The notes beneath the pieces are model-generated. The model saw only the letters and a program-made list of their open reading frames with translations, did no database searches and was not told where the DNA came from. This document shows positions 18,375-26,183 of a stretch of DNA of 30,540 nucleotides, piece by piece; positions within the stretch are counted from its first letter, which is position 1, and every line of letters begins with the position of its first letter. A program made the position numbers and the translations under genes. This DNA comes from Candidatus Moanibacter sp. (GTDB lineage: Bacteria; Verrucomicrobiota; Verrucomicrobiia; Opitutales; UBA2987), in NCBI GenBank assembly GCA_965215885.1, contig CBDCEW010000057.1, positions 1 through 30,540 on the forward strand, read 5' to 3'.

Positions 18375-19222
18375 ACAGGTGTGGGACGTGCAGACGGTCG
18401 TCACATTCGGCGAAGTCATGGCGCGACTGGGGGCCCCCGGTTATTCGCGGCTCAGACAGGCGAGATCTCTCGATGTGACGTTCGCGGGCGGGGAAGTGAA
18501 TGTAGCGGCCTCGCTCTCTCTGTTCGGAGCCAGAGCCAGATTCGTGACGGCTCTTCCGGTGAATCTGTTGGGGGAGGCATGCCTGGATTTTCTGCGCGCC
18601 ACGGGTATCGATACCAGCCACATACTCATTACCGACTACGGGAGATTGGGATTGTATTTTGTGGAAAGAGGAGCCAACCAACGGCCGAGCAACGTGATTT
18701 ACGATCGCGAGAATTCGTCCATCGCGCTTACTCCGCCCGACCGGTTCGACTGGGACGCCATCTTTAGAGACGCCGGATGGTTGCATGTCACCGGGATAAC
18801 CCCGGCGATCTCCCAATTGGCGGCGGAGTCCTCACTGGAAGCGGTCAGGAGAGCGAAGGCGGCCGGACTCCAGGTGTCCTGTGATCTGAATTTCCGCAAG
18901 AAGCTCTGGCGGTGGGACTCTTCGCGGGAGCCGCGGGAGCTTGCCGAAGCGACCATGCGTGAACTGCTTCCGTCCGTCGACCTGGTTATCGCCAACGAGG
19001 AGGACTGTTCCAATATGCTGGGTATCCGGGCCGAAGAGACCGACGTGGAGGCGGGTTCGCTTGAGATCGAACGCTATCCGGACGTAGCGAGAAAATTGGT
19101 GCAGGATTTCCCCAATGTCCTGAAGGTCGCTATTACCCTGCGGCAGAGCCTTTCCGCTTCTCATAATAATTGGGGAGCAATGCTCTACATGGCCGAGGGA
19201 GACGAAGCTCTCTTCGCACCTC

Positions 19223-19775
19223 TTAATCTCGCTGGGTTCAATTCCCCGAAGCTTGCTTCGGCTTTAGTGGTATATGATGATAGGGGATGGGAAGTCGTTA
19301 CATCCACAAAAGTCACAATGTATCGGTGCTGATGTATCATCTGGTGTGCGCAGCGAAGTATCGTCGAGTTGTGATGAGTGAGCGTGTGGACGAGGTTCTG
19401 AGGGCAGCCTGCATCGAGATTGAAAAGCGCTGGGAGATTGTCTTCTTGGAAATAGGATTAGATCGAGACCATGCACACTTTCTGATCCAGTCGGTGCCGG
19501 CTTACAGTCCGACGAGGATCGTTACGACGGTGAAGAGTGTAACTGCGCGCGAAGTGTTTGCGAAAGCACCGGAGGTGAAGAAGCAACTGTGGGGCGGAGA
19601 GTTCTGGGGAAAAGGGTACTTCGTAAACACGGTGGGGCAACACAGCAGCGAGAGCGTGATCGCGGCCTATATCGCGAATCAAGGTGAGGAGGCAAATTAC
19701 CAGCGATTGCATAAAGGGCAGTTGGAGTTGGGATTATTTTGAAAATGCCTCGGGGCTTGCCCCGAGGATCTTTAC
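19223..19775 (+). mobile_element. IS200-type element (tnpA only), 549 bp, boundaries +/-4 bp
   Basis: Subterminal hairpins CCGAAGC-TT-GCTTCGG (19246-19261) and CCTCGGGGC-TT-GCCCCGAGG (19748-19767); no IRs or TSD; removal of 549 bp restores kdgK. Confidence 0.9.
19287..19742 (+). CDS. tnpA: IS200/IS605 Y1 HUH transposase
   Basis: 151 aa; [17 protein letters not shown] (HUH), [17 protein letters not shown] (catalytic Tyr). Confidence 0.95.
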   Translation: MGSRYIHKSHNVSVLMYHLVCAAKYRRVVMSERVDEVLRAACIEIEKRWEIVFLEIGLDRDHAHFLIQSVPAYSPTRIVTTVKSVTAREVFAKAPEVKKQLWGGEFWGKGYFVNTVGQHSSESVIAAYIANQGEEANYQRLHKGQLELGLF

Positions 19776-20027
19776 TAAAGAGGGCGTTTACGAGCCCTAC
19801 GAGATCAGAAATATCGTGGACCGCGTCGGAGGAGGTGACTCATTTGCCGGCGGTTTGCTTTTTGCCTTGCATACTCCGGAATACCGTGACCCGCACCTTG
19901 CTCTTCGTTTTGCCACCGCGGCCTCTTGCCTGGCCCATTCCATCGAAGGAGATTTTAACTTTTCTGAGCGGACGGAAGTTGAAGCGCTCATGAAGGGGGC
20001 GGCCTCCGGGCGAGTCGTTAGATGAAT

Positions 20028-20067
20028 CCTCCAGCAGAGGGCATTTACCCTTTTCGAACAACCTCTA
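20028..20067 (+). repeat. 41-bp direct repeat, copy 2
   Basis: CCTCCAGCAGAGGGCATTTACCCTTTTCGAACAACCTCTA, 2 bp after the kdgK stop. Confidence 0.75.
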
Positions 20068-20234
20068 GTTAAAGAAGACAATCTCCTTCGCCGATCTGCT
20101 CCCAGTTCATGCCGAAACCCAGTCCCGGCTTGGCAGAGCCGTGGACGTAGCCCTCATCGTCGATTCGAATGACATCGGTCGTGCCGGCGTCGAACCATCC
20201 TTCGTCCCCATTCTGGATATAGAGTCCCGCCGTA

Positions 20235-20446
20235 GTTGACGACGAAGCTTACGCCGAAGATTCCCGTGCAGGCTAGAAGGAGCTCCCTGCAATCTTAATC
20301 GTAAGCTTTGTCGTAGGCTTGGTCGACGGATCGACTGGAGGTGCGACGAAGTTGACGACAAAGTTGACGCCGAAGATTCCCTTGCGGGCTAGAAGGAGGT
20401 CCCTCCAATCTTTGCCGAAAGCCTCGTCGCAAACCTTGTCCTCGTC
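20235..20446. repeat. Two tandem ~116-bp palindromic units (REP/BIME-like)
   Basis: Units start at 20235 and 20351 (GTTGACGAC.AAG.T.ACGCCGAAGATTCCC.TGC.GGCTAGAAGGAG.TCCCT.CAATCTT); located between convergent genes; same family as 22916-23240. Confidence 0.8.
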
Positions 20447-20576
20447 ATCATAATCGTGATCTAAATTCGAAAGAGGGGAAGATCGACTTTAGAGCACGGC
20501 CTGCCATGAGCCCGTCGAATGGATTAGGAGGCACGACGGGAGAGAGGGAAACCTGCACGATCTTCTGTCGTGCTCT

Positions 20577-21761
20577 TCAAAGCCACATCGGCTTATCGGA
20601 GGGCAGGTGTTCGGCAATCGCCTCTTCATCCAACTCGACACCGAGGCCGGGCCCATCGGGCACGGTGATATACCCGTCGCGGATAGGATTTTTCAGGCTG
20701 AGCATTTCGCTCCAGAGGGGAATGTTGCCGGAGTGGTACTCCAGGGCGAGGAAGTTCGGGATGGTGGCACAGATATGGGTTGCCGCAACCGCGGTGATCG
20801 CGCTGGCCATGTTGTGCGGGGCGATGGACATGTGGTACATTTCGGCCATTTCCGCGATTCGACGGATTTCGATCGGCCCGCCGCTGCGCGGGATGTCCGG
20901 TTCCAGGATATCGCATGCCTGTTTGACAATGAGTTCCCTGTGCCGGTGCGCTCCGTAGAGGATTTCCCCGGTACAAATGGGGATCTTCGACTTGCTGCAG
21001 ATCTTGGCCAGCGCTTCCACGTTTCCCCATTCCCATCGCACCGGGTCTTCCAACCACAGCAGGTTAAGGTGCTCCAAGTCCCTACACAGGCCGAGCGAAT
21101 CGGGTAAGTTATAGGATCCGTGAAGGTCCAGGGCGAGGTCAACGTAGGGACCCACCGCCTCCCGCACTTTTTCCATAGCCGACACGATCGGCTCATGTTC
21201 TCGCAGCCCAATGGAGCGATCGTATACATCCTCCTTCCATGGATTAGGGAAGTCCGCGTCAAATTTGATGCACGTGAAACCCTCCTCGACCCTGCGCTTT
21301 GCCATCTCGACAAACGCATTTGGTTCATAGATGGGATCCAATTCTCCGCTCGCGTAAGCTGCTTTCCAGCGCCGCGAGAATTCGTCTGCGGTCCAGAATT
21401 CCCCCGCGTGACAGTCGCAGTACATCCGAATTCGGTTCCGAAGCTTTCCGCCCAGCAGCTGCCACAGGGGTGCCCCAAGTTTCTTCCCCATGATATCCCA
21501 CAGAGCAATTTCGACCCCCGCTCCCAAACCGCCCATCTGCCAAAGGCCGCGCTCGGGTTGACCGCTGTAATGGAGCCTGTTTAGATTGAGCGGGTCGTTC
21601 CCGATCAGCCTTCTTCGAAGACCCTCGAAAGCGCCCTCAGGCGCGCCGTAAGCCCACTCTCCCAGCCCGACTATGTCTTGATCGGTGAAAATCTTCAATA
21701 GAACCCAGTTTCGGTTCTGCGGTCCTAAAGGTGGCGAGATTTTGATATCTGTGATTCGCAT
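20577..21761 (-). CDS. Mandelate racemase-family acid-sugar dehydratase (galactonate/gluconate dehydratase-like)
   Basis: 394 aa; GLGE, VEIALWDIMGK, KFD, DLHG, WLEDP, TGE, APHN, LEY, PDGPGLGVE. Confidence 0.88.
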   Translation of the reverse strand: MRITDIKISPPLGPQNRNWVLLKIFTDQDIVGLGEWAYGAPEGAFEGLRRRLIGNDPLNLNRLHYSGQPERGLWQMGGLGAGVEIALWDIMGKKLGAPLWQLLGGKLRNRIRMYCDCHAGEFWTADEFSRRWKAAYASGELDPIYEPNAFVEMAKRRVEEGFTCIKFDADFPNPWKEDVYDRSIGLREHEPIVSAMEKVREAVGPYVDLALDLHGSYNLPDSLGLCRDLEHLNLLWLEDPVRWEWGNVEALAKICSKSKIPICTGEILYGAHRHRELIVKQACDILEPDIPRSGGPIEIRRIAEMAEMYHMSIAPHNMASAITAVAATHICATIPNFLALEYHSGNIPLWSEMLSLKNPIRDGYITVPDGPGLGVELDEEAIAEHLPSDKPMWL

Positions 21762-21903
21762 CGCACACTTAGCGTGTCGGACGTGGTTCGTGGCTGCTAG
21801 TGTCCTGTATCACAAATTCGCATACCAATGCCAGAGCCATTTTCAACCTCAGCAAGGAGGCAGCGCCATTGCCCCGCCTACCGCAAATTATACGGCTTTG
21901 GAT

Positions 21904-22114
21904 TATTGGATCTAATTTGGCCATTTGCTTAACCCCTATGGTAGTCCTCTATTTCAACGTCGTGTGCAGCATCATCCTTCCATCGAAAACAAAGTCTAAA
22001 TTGCTTATTGATTCTGATGCTGTGCTGCCCTCTTCTGGCTCCTTTCAATGACTCTAATCTGTTGCCAGGAGGATTCCTCAAATCTATAAGCTTTTCAGCA
22101 GCTTCTATACTTAA
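21904..22114 (-). pseudogene. higB: higBA toxin-antitoxin relic: 5'-truncated HigB (21929-22114) plus first 7 codons of HigA (21904-21924)
   Basis: Own translation: LSIEAAEKLIDLRNPPGNRLESLKGARRGQHSIRINKQFRLCFRWKDDAAHDVEIEDYHRG*, then MAKLDPI 4 bp later; no start codon in the toxin frame; not in the ORF track. Confidence 0.88.
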
Positions 22115-22140
22115 AACAGTATAGATATCAAGTGGTTATG

Positions 22141-22226
22141 TCGGCCATTTCCGCGATTCGACGGATTTCGATCGGTCCACCGCTGCGCGGGATGTCGGGT
22201 TCCAGGATATCGCATGCCTGCTTTAC
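22141..22226 (-). pseudogene. 86-bp relic of a paralog of the 20577-21761 enolase gene
   Basis: Matches 20842-20927 with 5 differences, all synonymous third-position changes. Confidence 0.85.
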
Positions 22227-22450
22227 CTAACGCCAGAGGTTGTTCATTCCCTGAGTAGTAGAAAGAGAACAGCAAAGCGTTGTCAGTTACGATCATATCA
22301 ACCTTGCCAGTCAGCGCGGAGAGTTACTAATTGCCGCCTGTCGGGCAGCCGCAGCAATCGAGCAGGGGCGGCGGCAAAGCGGGTTGTTGCCGTCGTCTCC
22401 CGCCCCTTGGCCGCTTTCGACTCAGCAGTTCCATAGTAAATGGGCCGCGC

Positions 22451-22621
22451 ATGTCCGAGCAACCGCTGAGCCCGACTGACGCGGCGGAGCAGCTCGCCGC
22501 CGCCCTGGACTCGCTAGGCCAAGACCACGCATGGGTGCGTCAACAGCTTGTGGAGATTTTGGGCCACCGCGACCCGCGGGTTACACAGTGGGATGAGTTG
22601 GTAGCGGAAATGGAAGAGTGA
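22451..22621 (+). pseudogene. Short, probably internally deleted hypothetical gene (nucleotidyltransferase-like N- and C-termini joined)
   Basis: MSEQPLSPTDAAEQLAAALDSLGQD followed by HAWVRQQLVEILGHRDPRVTQWDELV; its 5' region is duplicated at 23237-23317. The family guess is weak. Confidence 0.35.
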
Positions 22622-22915
22622 AAGTCGCGAGCCGAAAATCCGTGAGATTTTCGGGTTTGGTCTCTAAGCCATTTGTAGAGATGGCTCCTCGTTGGTTGAT
22701 GCGGAGAGATAGGAAGTTAATACGTAATTCATTACCCAATTTCCCAGCTTGCGCCATTGGACATATTGTCCCCGGTCCAAGCACTCGACTTTTTTGCCGC
22801 ACAGGATTCAAGGGTTCCGGGGACCGATGGGCCACGAGACGGTCGAGCATGAGGTAATTTTCAATACGGCTCGAAAGCGCGAGTCAGCGACGCCCCTTCA
22901 GGGGGTAGGCGTCGT

Positions 22916-23240
22916 GAGCCTCGTCGAGAGAGAGACTGAAAACAGCGACAAAGCTCGCGATAAAGCTTACGACAAGAATTCCCTAACGGGGTGAATAGCT
23001 CCTCCAAACTTTGTCGCGAGCCTTGTCGGGAGCCTCGTCGAGAGAGAGACTGAAAACAACGACAAAGGTCGCGACAAAGCTTACGGCAAAGATTCCCTAA
23101 CGGGGTGAATAGCTTCCTTCAAACTTCGTCGCGAGCCTTGTCGGGAGAGAGACTGAAAACAGCGACAAAGCTCGCGACAAAGCTTACGACAAAGATTCCC
23201 TTACGGGGTGAATAGCTCCCTCCGGACTTAGTCGTGGGCC
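22916..23240. repeat. Three tandem ~115-bp palindromic units built from 12-bp sub-repeats
   Basis: Units start at 22916, 23030, 23145: GAGAGAGACTGAAAAC-(CGACAAAGCTCG-like x3)-ATTCCCTAACGGGGTGAATAGCT-(CTTTGTCGCGAG-like x2-3). Confidence 0.92.
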
Positions 23241-23368
23241 GCTTTTGATTCAGGAGTTCCAAAGAAATCGGGCCGCCCATGTCCGAGCAACCGATGAGCG
23301 CGACTGACGCGGCGCAGTTACCGGTGAGATGATTCGCACGCCCTCGAAAGATCGGCGGAGCCGAGATT

Positions 23369-23442
23369 TCGGGCTGCAGGGATTCGAACCCTGGACCCCT
23401 TGCACCCCATGCAAGTGCGCTACCAGACTGCGCCACAGCCCG
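23369..23442 (-). tRNA. tRNA-Pro(GGG), 74 nt, CCA not encoded
   Basis: CGGGCTG/CAGCCCG acceptor stem, D arm GCGC-AGTCTGGTA-GCGC, anticodon arm CTTGC-ATGGGGT-GCAAG, T arm CAGGG-TTCGAAT-CCCTG. Confidence 0.97.
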
Positions 23443-23613
23443 CCCGAATCGGCAATTTGCGAGGTGCAGAGAGTGCTCGAATGGCGAGCCCTGGTCAAGT
23501 GAAAGTTGAGGCCAGGAATCTGTCGGACTTAGCTTTCGGAATTCGCGGAAATAAACCCCTATGCGGGGGCCATCGTGCATTGCGGCGGATTCGACCACCG
23601 ACATATTCCTAAT

Positions 23614-23635
23614 CGCTCTGCCGAGCGGCAGAGCG
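23614..23635. terminator. GC-rich hairpin downstream of the kinase operon
   Basis: CGCTCTGCCG-AG-CGGCAGAGCG perfect IR; no U tract. Confidence 0.35.
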
Positions 23636-23705
23636 GGGATTCAATAGCATTTGGCTACAGCTCTTAGCTCGAACCGGGATAGAAGGGGTGACCGTGAGCT
23701 GAAGA

Positions 23706-24850
23706 TCAGGAGAACGAATCAGGCTTGGATGTATCTACCGGGACAGAGAATTCTATGCAGCACCCTTTGCCGGGTGAGCTGCCTATGTTCAATGTCGCGT
23801 CGATCTTTGAGGACAGCTTTTTGCAGAGCGAAAGGCCGAGGCCGAGGCCACCGTAAGGGAGTTGTCCCCCTGATTAAAAGGTTCGAAGATACGACCGGTT
23901 TCGATGATTTGAGAAGCGATACCAATTCCGGTATCCGTGATTTTGTATTCCAACAGGAGCCTACCAGCGTCCTTGCGTTTCGACGCGATCGAGACTTCGA
24001 CTTCACCCGATGGGGTAAACTTGATGGCGTTGTCGATCAGCTTTGCCAGGACCGTTTCGATTTCCGCTTCCGGACCGTAAACGGAGGTCGGTATTAATGG
24101 TGAGATGCTCAGCTTGAAGTCGAGGCCCGATTTTCTATCATCGTTTCGCACTACCAGGCTGAGAAGCCGATTAGCGGGATTGAAGCGTGTGCAGGAGATC
24201 TTTTGGTCTTTCGAAACGAGTACGGCATAATTCAGCAGGTCATTGATTGTTTCGAACAGAGTCTGACTGCTCGATTTGATGTCCCTTAAGAGAGTCTCCT
24301 GCTCCGCCTTTAACTCGGTGTCGGATAAAAGCTCCAGAAAACCGAGTATACCATTCATGGGGGTGTTGAGTTCGTGACTCAATACGGCAAGGAATTCGTT
24401 TTTTACTTTCGTTATGTTGTCTTGCAAGAGAAGATCCTGCCTGGTCATGAACGTGAATCGTTCCTGGCAGCGTTTCACCACTTCCTGTATATGCTCAACA
24501 TCGAAGGGTTTACTGAGGTAATCACTCGCCCCTAAACTGATCGCCTGCCTGGCGCTCTCCAGGGTTTCGTAGGCCGTGAGAATGATTATCTCCGTGTAGG
24601 GATAAATCCCTTTTAACTCGCGGAGCACTTCGATTCCCGATTTTCCTTCCATCCGAATGTCGAGGATGGCTGTGGAGAATGGTTCTTCGCTCGAAAGCGC
24701 TATCGCTTCGTCACCCGACGATACGGCCTCAACCTCATATTCATCCTTGAATACCAGATTCAAGGATTCCCTCGGTCCCTCTTCGTCGTCCACTATAAGG
24801 AGACGGTTCGTTGCAGGCAGAGGACTCATTATAGGATAATGATATTCCAT
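23706..24850 (-). pseudogene. Hybrid REC-HisKA-HATPase kinase, frameshifted just before the G2 box
   Basis: LLIVDDEE, ILDIRM, KPF, SHELNTPM, DNAIKFT, DTGIG, FEPFNQGDNSLT; the alternative frame from 23855 reads YGGLGLGLSLCKKL...SSPGKGCCIEFSVP...* (stop 23706-23708). Confidence 0.85.
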
Positions 24851-24884
24851 TACAATCTGGCGTCAAGCAAAAGGGCAAATGCAG

Positions 24885-26183
24885 CTAACTTCCGGCGAGA
24901 AGATTTTCCCAGAGGGTCTCGTTGGTGAGCACTTTATTTATGAATGCTTGTTCGTCAAAATCAGTGGAGCCGATCCTGGGTTTGGTGGGAAGCGTGATGG
25001 TAAAGGTGGTACCTTCTCCCTCTTCGCTGGCGGCATGAATCTCTCCCCCATGATGGTAAACAATGAAATAACATGCCATCAGATTGATGCCGAATTCCTG
25101 CTGGTCCGTATTACGAAGGAAAAATGGATCGAAGACTGATTGAACAGCTTCCCGCGGCAATCCGGGACCATTGTCACTGATTACGATGCGAATACTCTTC
25201 TCTCCCGACTCGGCGTCAGGAACTGCCTGCGCCTTCAACTCGATGCGGCTTCCCTCGGGAAGATTGGTAATCTCATCTTGCAGAAGCAAATCAAAGAGAC
25301 TCCGAAATCTCTCTTCCTCGAAATGCAAGGCAGGAAGCTCATCTTCTATGTCAAGCATCACCGTAATGCCTTTTGCATCCATCGAAGTCTTTGTCTTTTC
25401 GACGGCCTGAATTATCAGGTCGCCAGTTCGAATCGCGCTGGAGAAGTCCAGCTCTGAGTGCTGAGAAGCCATTCCAAGATCGGTGAGCAGCTTGGAGATA
25501 CGGGCGACTTGAGTTTGAACGTGGCCATAAAAATCATTCCAATAATTCGGGTTGCGCAAATTGGGTGAGTCATTCAGCTCCTCTTTGAGTTTCTCGGGAG
25601 CCAGATCGAGAAACGTTCGGACGGCAACGAGCGAATTCCGCACATAATGGCCCAGGCCCGCCGCTACGATTCCGAGACTTATGACGCGATCCTTGATCAC
25701 CATATTGTGGAGAGCGGTGAGTTTTTCTTTCAGGAGCTGATCCCTTTCACTTTGGACGAGAAAAAACCGCATGCCCTGTCTAATAATGGCCTCGAGCTCG
25801 GAAAAATTCCATGGTTTAGAGAGGTACCTGTAAATCGCCCCGGAATTAATCGCTTCAATAGTAACCTCGTTGTCGGCATATGCAGTTACGAGCATTCGAA
25901 TGGTACGGGGTCTAATCTTACGCACCTTTTCGAGGAGGGAGACTCCTTTTTCACCGGGCATTCTCTGATCGGTAATAAAAACTGCGATATCATCCTTATT
26001 TTGATCGAAAATCCGGAATCCGGTTTCAGCGTTGGCTGCAGTCAGAATCCTGAAGTGCTTGCTGAGAATGCGGGCGAAGTATTTCAGCGACTTTTCCTCA
26101 TCATCAACGTAAAGAACGGAGAAGCGTTTGTAATCGTAGGATTCCGATTCGGGATTCGGATGGTGATTGAGGGTGTTGATCAT
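24885..26183 (-). CDS. PhcQ-like response regulator with C-terminal histidine-kinase-like domain
   Basis: 432 aa; VLYVDDEEKSLKYF, ITDQRMPG, KPW; H-box GLGHYVRNSL; DNGPG, FDPFF; degenerate N and G2 boxes; fourth gene of the phc-like operon. Confidence 0.75.
   Translation of the reverse strand: MINTLNHHPNPESESYDYKRFSVLYVDDEEKSLKYFARILSKHFRILTAANAETGFRIFDQNKDDIAVFITDQRMPGEKGVSLLEKVRKIRPRTIRMLVTAYADNEVTIEAINSGAIYRYLSKPWNFSELEAIIRQGMRFFLVQSERDQLLKEKLTALHNMVIKDRVISLGIVAAGLGHYVRNSLVAVRTFLDLAPEKLKEELNDSPNLRNPNYWNDFYGHVQTQVARISKLLTDLGMASQHSELDFSSAIRTGDLIIQAVEKTKTSMDAKGITVMLDIEDELPALHFEEERFRSLFDLLLQDEITNLPEGSRIELKAQAVPDAESGEKSIRIVISDNGPGLPREAVQSVFDPFFLRNTDQQEFGINLMACYFIVYHHGGEIHAASEEGEGTTFTITLPTKPRIGSTDFDEQAFINKVLTNETLWENLLAGS

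Larger units (their letters stand above)
18388..20025 (+). pseudogene. kdgK: 2-keto-3-deoxygluconate kinase (PfkB family) interrupted by IS200
   Basis: N-part VVTFGEVM, GGEVNVA, HVTGITPA, DLNFRKKLW, ANEED up to ~19224; C-part [27 protein letters not shown] resumes in the same frame at ~19777. Confidence 0.88.

Noticed and set aside
19223..19775. IStron or in-frame KdgK-TnpA fusion
   Set aside because: The element is almost entirely tnpA, leaving no room for a group I intron; the kdgK frame stops at 19332; no tnpB.
21800..22051. 83-aa plus-strand ORF
   Set aside because: Antisense shadow of the higB relic.
20842..22226. Diversity-generating retroelement TR/VR pair
   Set aside because: Mismatches are synonymous and not adenine-specific; no reverse transcriptase in the window.
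22916..23240. CRISPR array
   Set aside because: Whole ~115-bp units repeat; there are no unique spacers and no cas genes.
23119..23604. 161-aa ORF
   Set aside because: Runs through the tRNA and the repeat array.
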